A stretch of DNA of 64,000 bases, from contig JBDIWC010000004.1 in assembly GCA_039794085.1 (NCBI GenBank), positions 64,095 to 128,094 on the forward strand. Reading direction: 5' to 3'. Source of the DNA: Gemmatimonadales bacterium. GTDB taxonomy: Bacteria > Gemmatimonadota > Gemmatimonadetes > Gemmatimonadales > GWC2-71-9. Position 1 is the stretch's first letter. Every line of letters starts with the position of its first letter. A model generated the notes under the pieces. It worked only from the letters and a program-made list of their open reading frames with translations, did no database searches and was not told where the DNA came from. The translations under genes and the position numbers were made by a program. Positions 10,018 through 20,243 of this stretch are shown in pieces.

Positions 10018-10780
10018 ACAGGACCTCCCCGTGGACGACCTGGTCCCCTTCGTCTCGCACCTCGTCACGGTGCCCGGCGTGACCCGGGAGCCGATTCCCC
10101 TGGATCATCTCGTCAGCGACCTCCTCCCCTACCGGGTCCACCGGAGGGCGCTCGGTGTCGTGTCCCTGGATCAATACGAAGCTCGGCTGCTCCGGCTCTG
10201 CGCCGGGGAGGGCGGATATGCCCGCCTCATTCCCCCCGAGTTGAGCGACGCCTGTCGGGGGGCTCTGGCCGGACCGGACCCCGGGCTCTCGTCGGTGTCC
10301 GGACTCGAAGCCGGGAGACTGCTCCTGCTTGACCGCGCATGGGACATCGGGAATGGACTCCGAGAGCCCGCTCCGCCCCCACTGGCGACGGAACCAGGCC
10401 CGCCGCACGACGCAGGCGAGACTCCTCGACCCCCGGCGGAGCCGACACCGGTCGCGGAGGCCCCCCTCCCCGTCATCGCACCGTCGAACGAACGGCCCGA
10501 GCGGACCGCGGCTCCCGACGTCGTCCCCCGCGAACTGGTTGCGCCACCCACACCCGAGTCGGCGGATCAATCGGCCCCAGTCCCGGATCGTCGCTCCACG
10601 CCGAGCATTTGCCCCTCCTGCCGATTCGTCCTGCCCGACCTCGACACCCTCCGGTTCTGCCCCGGATGCGGCGCAGGCGTGGCTCCGGCCGGGTGCCCCG
10701 GGTGCGGCGAGACGGTTCTCCCGGCCTGGCGCCACTGCCCCTCGTGTGGGCACCGCCTCGGGTCGACCGGTTTGGCCTGA
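10001..10780 (+). CDS. Double zinc-ribbon domain protein
   Basis: GGAGGAG RBS; four C-terminal CxxC pairs (CPSC, CPGC, CPGC, CPSC) after a Pro-rich linker. Confidence 0.8.
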   Translation: MPERTEQDLPVDDLVPFVSHLVTVPGVTREPIPLDHLVSDLLPYRVHRRALGVVSLDQYEARLLRLCAGEGGYARLIPPELSDACRGALAGPDPGLSSVSGLEAGRLLLLDRAWDIGNGLREPAPPPLATEPGPPHDAGETPRPPAEPTPVAEAPLPVIAPSNERPERTAAPDVVPRELVAPPTPESADQSAPVPDRRSTPSICPSCRFVLPDLDTLRFCPGCGAGVAPAGCPGCGETVLPAWRHCPSCGHRLGSTGLA

Positions 10781-10834
10781 GCCTCTCGGGCTGCCATAAT
10801 TCAGATTCCTCGCCGAACCTCTGGAGGTTGGTCC

Positions 10835-12061
10835 ATGGCCCGCTCATCCACTCCACACCTGATCGATGATGTCGTCCTGGTGGCCGGTGCCCGAACCGGG
10901 TTCGGGAGCTTTGGCGGATCTCTCAAGAATCTGTCCGCCACTGATCTTGGAGTGCATGTGGCCCGCGCGGCGCTGGAACGGAGTGGGGCCCGGGGGCGGG
11001 ACGTGAATCACGTGATCATGGGCAACACTCTTCAGACCTCGGCCGATGCGCCGTACCTGGCCCGTCACGTGGCCCTGAAGGCGGGGTGTCCCGTCGAGAC
11101 CCCGGCGCTGACCGTGAACCGTCTCTGTGGCTCGGGATTCGAGTCGATCATCCAGGGGGCGCGGCTCATCCAGTTGGATGAGGCGGATCTGGTGATCGCG
11201 GGAGGAGCCGAATCGATGAGCCAGGGGCCACATGTGGTCCGTGGCATCCGCTGGGGTGCCCGGCTTGGCGTGTCTCCGCCCCTGGAGGATCTGCTCTGGT
11301 CCGCCCTCACCGACCAGTACTGTGGCCTCCCGATGGCGGAAACGGCCGAGAATCTGGCGGTGCAGTATGGTCTGACCCGGGTGGAGGTTGACGCGGTGGC
11401 GTTGCGGAGCCAGCAGAACGTGAAGCGGGCCTGGGAGGAGGGACATTTCGGAGATGAAATCGCGCCGCTGACCCTGACCGGCCGGAAGGGTGAGGTGACC
11501 TTCACCGCCGATGAGCACATGCGCCCCGACACCACCGCGGAAATCCTCGCCGGACTCCCTCCGTACTTTCGCACGGAGGGAGTCGTCACCGCCGGAAACG
11601 CGTCGGGCATCGTGGACGGGGCGGCCGCCGTGGTGGTCTCCTCTCGCCAGACCGCGGTGTCGCGGGGATACCCGGTGCTCGGGCATGTGCGCGGTTGGGG
11701 GGTCGCCGGGGTGGAACCCGCCTACATGGGCATCGGTCCGGTTCCCGCCGTGCGCCAGGTGCTCGCCACCACCGGACTCACGCTGGATGACATCGACCTG
11801 ATCGAGATCAACGAAGCCTTCGCCCCCCAGTACCTCGCCGTCGAACGCGAACTCGGACTCGACCGGGATCGCACCAACATCGACGGCGGTGCCATCGCGA
11901 TGGGTCATCCTCTCGCAGCAAGCGGCACCCGCATCACCCTGCATCTGCTGCATGCCCTGCGGCGCACCGGTGGCCGGTACGGAATCGGCTCCGCCTGCAT
12001 CGGCGGGGGCCAGGGCATCGCCATCCTGGTGGAGGCCACCCCCGCCTTGGGAGAGAACTGA
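10835..12061 (+). CDS. Acetyl-CoA C-acyltransferase (thiolase)
   Basis: [27 protein letters not shown]. Confidence 0.95.
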   Translation: MARSSTPHLIDDVVLVAGARTGFGSFGGSLKNLSATDLGVHVARAALERSGARGRDVNHVIMGNTLQTSADAPYLARHVALKAGCPVETPALTVNRLCGSGFESIIQGARLIQLDEADLVIAGGAESMSQGPHVVRGIRWGARLGVSPPLEDLLWSALTDQYCGLPMAETAENLAVQYGLTRVEVDAVALRSQQNVKRAWEEGHFGDEIAPLTLTGRKGEVTFTADEHMRPDTTAEILAGLPPYFRTEGVVTAGNASGIVDGAAAVVVSSRQTAVSRGYPVLGHVRGWGVAGVEPAYMGIGPVPAVRQVLATTGLTLDDIDLIEINEAFAPQYLAVERELGLDRDRTNIDGGAIAMGHPLAASGTRITLHLLHALRRTGGRYGIGSACIGGGQGIAILVEATPALGEN

Positions 12062-12063
12062 TC

Positions 12064-12948
12064 ATGGAATCCCTGCTCGCGGTCCTCGCCGCCGTCGTGG
12101 CCTACTCCTTTGCCAGCCTCCGGGTGCTGCGACAGTACGAGCGTGGCGTGGCGTTCTTCCTGGGACGCTACTGGGGCACCAAGGGACCGGGGCTGATCTT
12201 CGTTCCCCTGGGGTTCGCCGTGTTGAGGCGGGTCTCCCTCCGAATCGTGGCGATGGACATTCCCCCGCAAGATGTCATCACCCGCGACAACGTGTCCGTC
12301 AAGGTCAATGCCGTTCTGTACATGAAGGTCAGCGACCCGTCACGCGCCATCATCGAGATCGAGGACTATTCCTACGCCACGAGTCAGCTGGCCCAGACCA
12401 CTCTCCGCTCGGTGCTTGGCGAGGTGGAGCTGGATGAGTTGCTGAGCGACCGGGAAAAGATCAACGGCATCCTCAAGTCGATCATCGATGAACGGACCGA
12501 TGCGTGGGGAATCCATGTGTCGGCGGTGGAGGTGAAGGATGTGGACCTTCCCGATACCATGAAGCGCGCCATGGCCCGGCAGGCCGAGGCCGAACGGGAG
12601 CGACGGGCCAAGGTCATCGCCGCGCAGGGGGAACTGCAGGCGAGCCAGACCCTGGCCGACGCCGCCCATACCCTGGCCACCGAACCGATGGCGCTGCAGC
12701 TCCGTTACCTCCAGACCGTGACCGAGATTGCCGCGGAAAACAACTCCACCACCATCTTCCCGGTGCCGATCGAGATGATCCGTCCCTTTCTTCCCGATGC
12801 CGCCCGCCATGCCGGGACTCCCGCCGGGGAGCGCGCCGTGGCCGCCGGGACCTCCGCCGCGATCCTGCCCCAGGTTCGCGTCGGGGAGGCAGCCTCCATG
12901 GATGTTGCGCGTCCCGCGACCACCCGCTCTCGCTCGGGGGACCAGTGA
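12064..12948 (+). CDS. SPFH / slipin (stomatin-like) protein
   Basis: [48 protein letters not shown]. Confidence 0.93.
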   Translation: MESLLAVLAAVVAYSFASLRVLRQYERGVAFFLGRYWGTKGPGLIFVPLGFAVLRRVSLRIVAMDIPPQDVITRDNVSVKVNAVLYMKVSDPSRAIIEIEDYSYATSQLAQTTLRSVLGEVELDELLSDREKINGILKSIIDERTDAWGIHVSAVEVKDVDLPDTMKRAMARQAEAERERRAKVIAAQGELQASQTLADAAHTLATEPMALQLRYLQTVTEIAAENNSTTIFPVPIEMIRPFLPDAARHAGTPAGERAVAAGTSAAILPQVRVGEAASMDVARPATTRSRSGDQ

Positions 12949-12957
12949 GGTCCGTCG

Positions 12958-13812
12958 ATGGCTGACACCCCGTCGCGGATCGACCGCGAGGCTCTGGACC
13001 GCATCATCCGGCGCGCGGCCGAACTCCAAACCTCGGAGCGCGACATTGGAGAAGGATTGACCGAGTCGGAGGTGGTCTCGCTCGGCCAGGATGTGGGAAT
13101 CCCCTCGCGCTACCTCCGGCAGGCGATGCTGGAGGAGCGAATGAGCGGACCGTCGGACTCGCGCACCGGGCTCCTCGACCGGATCGTCGGACCCCGGAAG
13201 GCGAGCGCGGAGCGGGTGATCTCCGGGACCCGGGAGGCCGTCGAACGCGCGTTGCTCGGATGGGTGGACGCCAACGAACTGTTGACCGTGCAGCGCCAGC
13301 TTCCCGGACGGATCACCTGGGAGGTGCTGGGAGGTGTGCAGGCGGCGCTCCGCCGCGGCTCGGCGATTTTCCAGCGAAAGGGACCACAGTTCATGCTGCA
13401 GAAGGCCGATCTGCTCGTGGCGACCGTCACCCCGCTGGAGGAGGGCTACTGCCATGTACGCCTCGAGGCGAGTCTCGGACGGGCTCGGGGTGGGGTAATC
13501 GGGGGCGCGGCCGCGGTGGGGAGCATCGCCGCGTCAGGATCGATCGTGCTCTTCACTCTGGGTGCCTTTCCCGTGGTGGCCGCACTGCCGCTGCCCATCG
13601 CAGGGGTGATCATGTGGGCCGTCACGAGAACATGGCCCCCGGTGCATGCCCGGGTGCACCTGGGGCTCGAGAGGGCCCTCGACTTCCTGGAACGAGGCGG
13701 AGTCAAGCCCGCTCACGCCCTGCCTCCCGAGCGGACCGGAGTGCTGGAACAACTTGTCACCGAAGTACGGAAGGCGATCCAATCCGGCTCCGGTTCACGG
13801 GGCGCGACATGA
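12958..13812 (+). CDS. Hypothetical membrane protein
   Basis: Operon-embedded; N-terminal IIRRAAELQ helix; two C-terminal TM segments. Confidence 0.75.
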   Translation: MADTPSRIDREALDRIIRRAAELQTSERDIGEGLTESEVVSLGQDVGIPSRYLRQAMLEERMSGPSDSRTGLLDRIVGPRKASAERVISGTREAVERALLGWVDANELLTVQRQLPGRITWEVLGGVQAALRRGSAIFQRKGPQFMLQKADLLVATVTPLEEGYCHVRLEASLGRARGGVIGGAAAVGSIAASGSIVLFTLGAFPVVAALPLPIAGVIMWAVTRTWPPVHARVHLGLERALDFLERGGVKPAHALPPERTGVLEQLVTEVRKAIQSGSGSRGAT

Positions 13813-14696
13813 GGAACATTCAGACGGTGGGGGTGATCGGGAGCGGACTCATGGGGGCCGGCATCGGACAGGTGGCCGCCACGGCCGGGTTCGAGACGAT
13901 CCTGGTGGACCGGGATCCCGAGGCCCTCGTCCGCGCCCGGAAGGAGGTGTCCCGCTCTCTCGACCGGTTGGTGACAAAGGGGATCGTGTCGCCGGGCCTC
14001 CGCGACGAGGCGCTGGCCCGGCTGCGCTACGACCCCTCCCTGGACGAGGCGGCCACCTGCCATCTCGTCATCGAGGCGGTTCCCGAGAATCCGGAAATCA
14101 AGCACGCGGTCTTCACCGAACTCGACCGGCTCGCCCCGTCCGAGACCATCTTTGCCACCAATACCTCGAGCCTCACCGTGGCCTCCCTCGCTTCGGGAAC
14201 CGGCCGGCCCGACCGGTTTCTCGGTCTGCACTTCTTCAACCCGGTGCCCGTGATGGCGCTCGTGGAGGTGGTGCGCACCGCGGCGGTGCGCGAGGACGTG
14301 ATTGCCGCCGGAATGGACTTCGTGCGCCGCCTCGGCAAGGAACCGGTGCTCGCCCGGGATACCGGCGGCTTCATCGTGAACCGTCTCCTGATCCCCTACA
14401 TGATGGATGCCATCCGCGCCCTCGAGTCGGGGCTGGCGACCGTGGCCGACATCGACACCGCCATGCGGCTCGGCGCCGGACATCCCATGGGCCCCTTCAC
14501 CCTCCTCGATCTGGTGGGACTCGACACCACGGCCCGGGCCGGAAACGCGCTTCGCGACGAGTTCGGGGACCCCCGGTTCGGTGCCCCGGATCTGCTCCAA
14601 CGATTGGTGGCCGCCGGTCACCTGGGGCGCAAGAGCGGACGGGGATTCTATGTGCACGGTGAGGGGGGTCCCCTGCCCGTGACGGAGTTCCCGTGA
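13809..14696 (+). CDS. 3-hydroxybutyryl/3-hydroxyacyl-CoA dehydrogenase
   Basis: GVIGSGLMGAGI, EAVPE, ATNTSS, GLHFFNPVP, GFIVNR, HPMGP; ATGA overlap with upstream gene. Confidence 0.94.
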   Translation: MRNIQTVGVIGSGLMGAGIGQVAATAGFETILVDRDPEALVRARKEVSRSLDRLVTKGIVSPGLRDEALARLRYDPSLDEAATCHLVIEAVPENPEIKHAVFTELDRLAPSETIFATNTSSLTVASLASGTGRPDRFLGLHFFNPVPVMALVEVVRTAAVREDVIAAGMDFVRRLGKEPVLARDTGGFIVNRLLIPYMMDAIRALESGLATVADIDTAMRLGAGHPMGPFTLLDLVGLDTTARAGNALRDEFGDPRFGAPDLLQRLVAAGHLGRKSGRGFYVHGEGGPLPVTEFP

Positions 14697-15205
14697 GTTC
14701 CGTGATTCCGGCCCTCCGCCTGATCCTCCCGGCGCTCGTGGCCCTGCTCGCCGGGTGCCGGGCCAACACCACCCGCCCCTCCTTCACTCCGGTCCCGTCG
14801 GCGATGGAAGCGGAAGTGAGGCTCGGCATCGCCACGGGAACGCAACTGCTCACCGAGGCCCTCCGGGAGGACAGTCTGCCGGTTTCCCGGGTGGAGGAGT
14901 TTGACGGCTACGTCGAAACTCCCTGGTTCTCCCTGCCCGGATACGAGCCCGTCACCGGGCGGCCCGCCGGTCTCGACATGGTCCGGGTGCGCGGGTGGGT
15001 CAATCCGGCGCGTCCCGGCTACGTGCGGCTGGTGGTGGAGGTGGTGTACCGTCCCTGGATCGACCCGGGACGGCCGGGACGAGATCTCGACCGGGCCGTG
15101 CCACCCGATCACCCGGTCCTGATCCGCATCCGGGAGTCGCTCGATCGGCTTCTGGATCTCTACGGCCCCCCCGATCATGTGAGGGGAACGGCGGTTCCGC
15201 GATGA
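14693..15205 (+). CDS. Hypothetical lipoprotein
   Basis: LLAGC lipobox; 4-nt overlaps on both sides. Confidence 0.75.
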   Translation: MSSVIPALRLILPALVALLAGCRANTTRPSFTPVPSAMEAEVRLGIATGTQLLTEALREDSLPVSRVEEFDGYVETPWFSLPGYEPVTGRPAGLDMVRVRGWVNPARPGYVRLVVEVVYRPWIDPGRPGRDLDRAVPPDHPVLIRIRESLDRLLDLYGPPDHVRGTAVPR

Positions 15206-16821
15206 CCCTCGTGCTTTCCCGGCCTCCCGGCCTACGGGACGATTTCCGGGCCCGCGCCGCCTACGCCGAAGGGGCGGGCATCTTTCGCATCCTCCCGGCC
15301 CTGGTGGCGCGTCCCGTCACGATCGACGACCTCGCGACCGTGGTGCGGTGGGCACACGACACAGGGTGCTCCATCACCCCACGGGGTGCGGGCTCCGGGA
15401 TGGCCGGGGGCAACGTGGGAGACGGGCTCCTGATCGATCTTACCGCTCTCGAAGGAGCCCCGCTCGCCATCGACGCCGGGAACCACCGCGCCTGGTGCGG
15501 CGCGGCGGTCACCATCGACCAGCTGAACGCCGCCGCGCGCCCCGCCGGACTCCGCATGCCGGTCCGTCCCTCCAGTGGACGATGGGCCACGGCCGGCGGC
15601 GTCATCGCCACCAACGCGGCGGGCGCGATGTCCTATCAAGCGGGCTCGGTACGCTCCTGGGTGGAGGGCCTGAGCGTGATGACCGGGGAGGGAGACGTGA
15701 CCTCACTCCGGCGGGGGATGCCCGCGCCGACGGGGGTGGCCGCCGTCGATCGCCTGGCGGAGATCCTCCCCGACATCACCCGCGCCGCGCACCTCATCCG
15801 GGAGCACTTTCCCCTCACCCGAAAGAACAGCTCCGGGTATGCCCTCGATGCGTTCCTCGCGAGCGGAGACCTGATCGACCTTCTCATCGGCTCGGAGGGC
15901 ACCCTGGCACTGGTCACCGAGGTGACCTGGCGCCTGGAGCCGCTCCCGCGCCACCGCGCCACGGTGCGATTTCTCGTCGGCGCCCTCGAACAGCTCCCCG
16001 GCATCCTCGACCGGATCGATCCGGTGGGCGCCGTGGCGGTGGAACTCCTCGATAGGACATTTCTCGAGTTCGTGGACCCGGCGGAACACTCCCCCGCCGA
16101 GGCGATCCTGCTGGTGGACGTCGAGGGGGATCCGTCGGATGTGCTGGAACGGCTCGATGTGCTGGAGGGAATCGGACGGGAGACGGGGTGCCCCACGACC
16201 CTCGCCCGCGACGAGGCGGAGGCCGAGCGGCTCTGGGCCATCCGCCATGCGGCGAGTCCCCGGCTCGCGCAGCTCGGCGATACCCGGCGATCGCTCCAGG
16301 TGGTCGAGGATGGTGCCGTTCCCCGGCACCGGCTGGGAGACTATATCGCGGGTCTCCGTGCCATCACCGCGCGGCATCGGGTTCCCGCCGTCATCTTCGG
16401 GCATGCGGGAGACGGGCACCTGCACGTGAACCTGATTCCCGACGTGACCCGCGCGGGATGGGAGGAAGGCGTGCGCCGCGTGTACGACGGCACCATGGAT
16501 CTGGTTCTCCAGCTCGGAGGTACTCCCTCCGGGGAGCATGGCGACGGGCGACTGCGCGCCGGACTCCTCGCGCGATGCTACGGTCCCGAGATCCTGGCCC
16601 TCTTCCGCCGGATCAAGGATGCGTTCGATCCCCGGGGCATCCTCAATCCCGGCGTGATCCTGGGAGAGGGGCCTCCGCCCTGGGATCATCTCAAGGTGGA
16701 CCCGCCCGGAACAGTGCCGACGGACATCGAAGCGGCGCTCCGGAGCATCGAACGGGACGGGACCTACGACACTCCGCGGTTGCGCCTCGCCGACCGAGGT
16801 ATGGATGGGGGACCTTGCTGA
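15202..16821 (+). CDS. FAD-binding oxidoreductase (GlcD / D-lactate dehydrogenase-like)
   Basis: [44 protein letters not shown]. Confidence 0.9.
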   Translation: MTLVLSRPPGLRDDFRARAAYAEGAGIFRILPALVARPVTIDDLATVVRWAHDTGCSITPRGAGSGMAGGNVGDGLLIDLTALEGAPLAIDAGNHRAWCGAAVTIDQLNAAARPAGLRMPVRPSSGRWATAGGVIATNAAGAMSYQAGSVRSWVEGLSVMTGEGDVTSLRRGMPAPTGVAAVDRLAEILPDITRAAHLIREHFPLTRKNSSGYALDAFLASGDLIDLLIGSEGTLALVTEVTWRLEPLPRHRATVRFLVGALEQLPGILDRIDPVGAVAVELLDRTFLEFVDPAEHSPAEAILLVDVEGDPSDVLERLDVLEGIGRETGCPTTLARDEAEAERLWAIRHAASPRLAQLGDTRRSLQVVEDGAVPRHRLGDYIAGLRAITARHRVPAVIFGHAGDGHLHVNLIPDVTRAGWEEGVRRVYDGTMDLVLQLGGTPSGEHGDGRLRAGLLARCYGPEILALFRRIKDAFDPRGILNPGVILGEGPPPWDHLKVDPPGTVPTDIEAALRSIERDGTYDTPRLRLADRGMDGGPC

Positions 16822-17615
16822 TGCGCCCCTATCTCGATCTGCTCCAGCGCCTCCTCGACGAGGGCCGCCCCAAGCCCGATCGGACAGGCACCGGCACCCG
16901 GAGTCTCTTCGGGCACCAGATACGCTTCGACCTGGCCGACGGGTTCCCCCTCGTGACCACCAAGAAGGTGCATCTGAAGAGTGTGATTCATGAACTCCTC
17001 TGGTTTCTGCGGGGTGACACCAACGTCCGGTACCTGCGGGAGAACGGGGTGCGCATCTGGGATGAATGGGCCGATGCCGATGGGGAGCTCGGCCCGGTCT
17101 ATGGGCATCAGTGGCGGTCGTGGGGGGCGCCGGACGGGACCACGATCGATCAGATCGCCGAGGCCTTGCGGCAGATCCGGGAGACCCCCCACTCCCGGCG
17201 CATCCTGGTGAGCGCCTGGAATGTCGCCGACCTCCCGAGGATGGCCCTGGCGCCCTGTCATGCCCTCTTCCAGTTTCACGTGGCGGACGGACGCCTCAGT
17301 TGCCAGCTCTACCAGCGGAGCGCCGATATCTTCCTCGGCGTGCCGTTCAACATCGCCTCCTACGCGTTGCTAACGGCGATGATGGCGCAGGTCACGGGGC
17401 TCCAGCCGGGGGAGTTCATCCACACCTTCGGTGACGTGCACCTCTACGACAACCACGAGGCCCAGGCCCGGCTTCAGCTCACCCGGGATCCCCGGCCGCT
17501 CCCCCGTCTCCAACTCAATCCCGAAGTTCACTCACTCTTCGATTTCCGGTTCGAGGACATCCGGGTCGAGGGATACGATCCCCATCCTGCCATTCCGGCG
17601 CCGGTGGCGGTGTGA
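16821..17615 (+). CDS. thyA: Thymidylate synthase
   Basis: [40 protein letters not shown]. Confidence 0.97.
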   Translation: MRPYLDLLQRLLDEGRPKPDRTGTGTRSLFGHQIRFDLADGFPLVTTKKVHLKSVIHELLWFLRGDTNVRYLRENGVRIWDEWADADGELGPVYGHQWRSWGAPDGTTIDQIAEALRQIRETPHSRRILVSAWNVADLPRMALAPCHALFQFHVADGRLSCQLYQRSADIFLGVPFNIASYALLTAMMAQVTGLQPGEFIHTFGDVHLYDNHEAQARLQLTRDPRPLPRLQLNPEVHSLFDFRFEDIRVEGYDPHPAIPAPVAV

Positions 17616-18103
17616 TCGTCTCCCTCATCGCCGCCATGGCGCGCAACGGCGTGATCGGGGTGGACGGGGATCTCCCTTGGCGCCTACCCAAGGACCTCAC
17701 GTTCTTCAAGCGGACCACCATGGGGCATCCGGTGATCATGGGCCGGAGAACGTGGAACGAGGTGGGTCGGCCGCTGCCGGGTCGGACCAACGTGGTGCTC
17801 ACCCGCGATTCCACCTTCGAGGCGCCGGGAGCCCGGGTGGTTTCGTCGCTCGACGAGGCGGTGGCTCCGTGGCGGGACACGGAGGAGGAGGTGTTCGTGA
17901 TCGGGGGAGGGGCGGTCTACCGACTGGCCCTCCCGGTGGCGGACCGGCTCTGGCTCACCCGGATCCACGCCGATGTCGAGGGGGACACGACCTTTCCGGA
18001 GTGGTCCGAATCCGAGTGGCGGCGGGTCTGGTCCGAGGAGCACCCCGCCGATGCCGACCACCCGTGGCCGTTCACCTTCGAACGCTGGGAGAGCGTGGCT
18101 TAG
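17612..18103 (+). CDS. folA: Dihydrofolate reductase
   Basis: [42 protein letters not shown]. Confidence 0.96.
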   Translation: MIVSLIAAMARNGVIGVDGDLPWRLPKDLTFFKRTTMGHPVIMGRRTWNEVGRPLPGRTNVVLTRDSTFEAPGARVVSSLDEAVAPWRDTEEEVFVIGGGAVYRLALPVADRLWLTRIHADVEGDTTFPEWSESEWRRVWSEEHPADADHPWPFTFERWESVA

Positions 18104-18560
18104 ACTTCCTCACGATGCCCGCGATCCGCCGAGCCACGCCATTCGGGTCCGCCTTGACCTCGCTCTCCCACACGCGGACCACCGTCCAGCCGTCACCCCG
18201 TAGAGCTCTCGTCACCTCGGCATCGCGCTCGATGCGGCGGGCGAACTTCGCTTCCCAGTACGGCCGGTTCGGAGACCGGAAGTCACGCCAATACGCCTCG
18301 GGTCCTCGCTCCCGAATGGCTCGGGCATGCCAGAAATCTCCATCAACGAAAACGACGACCCTGGGACCGGGAAACACGATGTCAGGGCGACCCCGCAGCG
18401 AGGTGACATACTTGCGGAATCGGAGGCCCAGGCGGTGGAGATGGCTCCGAAGGGTGGTTTCGGACTGATTTTCCGTAGAGCGGATGGCGGACATGTTCCG
18501 CCGGATTTCCTCGGCGGGTTTGGACCGCCAGGGACGAGGCGAAGGGTTGTCCCGGCTCAC
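18072..18560 (-). CDS. vsr: Very-short-patch repair endonuclease
   Basis: RRNMSAIRS, GRPDIVF, VFVDGDFWH, DGWTVVRVWE; GTG start overlaps the methylase stop. Confidence 0.9.
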   Translation of the reverse strand: MSRDNPSPRPWRSKPAEEIRRNMSAIRSTENQSETTLRSHLHRLGLRFRKYVTSLRGRPDIVFPGPRVVVFVDGDFWHARAIRERGPEAYWRDFRSPNRPYWEAKFARRIERDAEVTRALRGDGWTVVRVWESEVKADPNGVARRIAGIVRKSKPRSPSVRR

Positions 18561-19606
18561 ACCGCGACAACGTCCTCCAGCAGGATCGCGGATTGAGGGC
18601 CAGCTGTCTCGGGGAAGGGGTGCGCTGCCCGGCGCACCAACGCGAGCGCGATCTGCTGGCCCACCGCCTGGGCCACAGGCGGAGGGAAGGCGTTCCCGAC
18701 CTGCCGCCACGCCGCAGTCTTCCGCCCCGCAAACTCCCAGCTGTCGGGGAAGCCCTGCACCCGGGCGCCCATCCGGACCGTGAGGCGGGGGAGTCCGTCG
18801 ACCGGGAAATCCGCCGGCGGCGGACCATCGGCGATCCCTCGTCCGTCGACCCCAAGCTGCATCCACCCGGCACGCGCTCGTGAAGGGCCGACATCGGGGC
18901 CTCCATGCTTCCTGGAGCCGCCAACCAGGGTAGGACCCACCCCACTCGCATGCACCGCCCAGGACGAAGCCCCCTTCCATCCTCCGCTCGCCATGAGATC
19001 CCTCAAGGCCTCCCCCACCGTGGGGGGTGAAGGACCCGGTTCCGGCCAGGAGAAGCGGTCAGCGGCGTCGGGCCGGAGCGCCACAAGAACGAATCGGGGA
19101 CGGAGTTGGGGAACTCCGTAGTCGCAGGCGTTCAGGATGCGCCAGTCCACCTCGTATCCGAGCCGCGCGATCTGTCCCGCGAGGTGCCTCCGATAGTCGC
19201 TGAACCGGTTCGAAGCCAGTCCCGGCACATTTTCGAGCATGACGGCCCGTGGTTCCGCCTCGGCGATCAGGCGAATCGCCGTGGGGAAGAGATCCCGTTC
19301 GTCGTCACCCCCGAGTTGTCGCCCGGCGATACTGAACGGGGGGCAGGGGACACCCCCGGCCAGCAGGTCGATTCCGTGAAAATCCCGTCCGGAAAGTGAC
19401 CGGACATCCTGCAACAGGACGTTCCACTCCGGACGGTTCCGGGTCAACGTTTCGCAGGCCGCCGCCTCGATCTCCACGGCCACGGCGTGCGAGAATCCCG
19501 CGGCTTCCAGCCCGAGCGCCTGGCCGCCCGCGCCGGCACAAATCTCCACCGCGCTGAGCGAGGGGGGAGTGTGCAGGCCGGTCGTCGACGAGTCGGGAGA
19601 TTCCAT
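18557..19606 (-). CDS. DNA (cytosine-5) methyltransferase, M.NgoMIV/M.NaeI-like
   Basis: EICAGAGG, GGVPCPPFS, MLENV, QLRPRF, target-recognition region PTLVGGSRKHGGPDVGP, RQVGNA. Confidence 0.93.
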   Translation of the reverse strand: MESPDSSTTGLHTPPSLSAVEICAGAGGQALGLEAAGFSHAVAVEIEAAACETLTRNRPEWNVLLQDVRSLSGRDFHGIDLLAGGVPCPPFSIAGRQLGGDDERDLFPTAIRLIAEAEPRAVMLENVPGLASNRFSDYRRHLAGQIARLGYEVDWRILNACDYGVPQLRPRFVLVALRPDAADRFSWPEPGPSPPTVGEALRDLMASGGWKGASSWAVHASGVGPTLVGGSRKHGGPDVGPSRARAGWMQLGVDGRGIADGPPPADFPVDGLPRLTVRMGARVQGFPDSWEFAGRKTAAWRQVGNAFPPPVAQAVGQQIALALVRRAAHPFPETAGPQSAILLEDVVAV

Positions 19607-19627
19607 CCGGGGAAGGTAGGGGATCCC

Positions 19628-19769
19628 GGATCAAGGATCAATGAACAATGATCAATGAACACCCGTCACCGAACCCTTGGGCCAGCGGAGGAGGACGTTG
19701 CCCGTCCGGCTCGTTGGACATTGATCACTGGTCACTGGTCATTGGTCCTTGGTCCTTGATCATTGGCCA
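19628..19769. repeat. Pair of inverted heptamer arrays (KGAWCAA x5; YTGRTCM-type x8) around a 51-nt spacer
   Basis: 19628-19662 ggatcaa ggatcaa tgaacaa tgatcaa tgaacac; 19714-19769 ttggaca ttgatca ctggtca ctggtca ttggtcc ttggtcc ttgatca ttggcca. Confidence 0.85.
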
Positions 19770-19774
19770 TTGTT

Positions 19775-20122
19775 CTACCGTCCGCGGACCCCGCGCGTCG
19801 TCCCGTACTCCACCCCGCGCTCCACGGCGGCCACGTAGGCGTACCACCGCTGGATCAGGTCGGGCAGGGCCTGCCGCCCGGTCGGGGTGAGGTACCAGAA
19901 GCGGGCCTTTCGCCCGTGCTCCGATCGCCCCCACTCCGACTCGATCCATCCCCGCCGCTCCAGCCGCTGGAGGGCGGGGTAGAGGGTCCCCTCCTCGATC
20001 GTGAAGGCGTGGTCCGTCACGAGACGGATCCACTCGCCGAGTCCCGCGCCATGGGTCGGTTCCCAGCGGAGTCCGCGGAGGATCAGGAGTTCCAGGGTGC
20101 CGGGCAGGAGGTCGAGGGCCAT
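19775..20122 (-). CDS. PadR-family transcriptional regulator (acidobacterial type)
   Basis: LLPGTLELLIL, IEEGTLYPALQRLE, SEWGRSEHGRKARFWYLT. Confidence 0.92.
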   Translation of the reverse strand: MALDLLPGTLELLILRGLRWEPTHGAGLGEWIRLVTDHAFTIEEGTLYPALQRLERRGWIESEWGRSEHGRKARFWYLTPTGRQALPDLIQRWYAYVAAVERGVEYGTTRGVRGR

Positions 20123-20142
20123 GGCTTCAAGGTAACCTCTCT

Positions 20143-20161
20143 CCCCTAGAGTCACTAGGGG
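20143..20161. promoter_or_regulatory. Putative PadR operator
   Basis: Inverted repeat CCCCTAG-AGTCA-CTAGGGG 20 nt upstream of the padR start. Confidence 0.65.
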
Positions 20162-20243
20162 TAACGGTGGCGCGGAACGGGACGAGTCCCTAGAATTGGC
20201 TCCGGTGCGTTCGCCGTTCCACCCTGCCCGCCAGGAGATCCCC

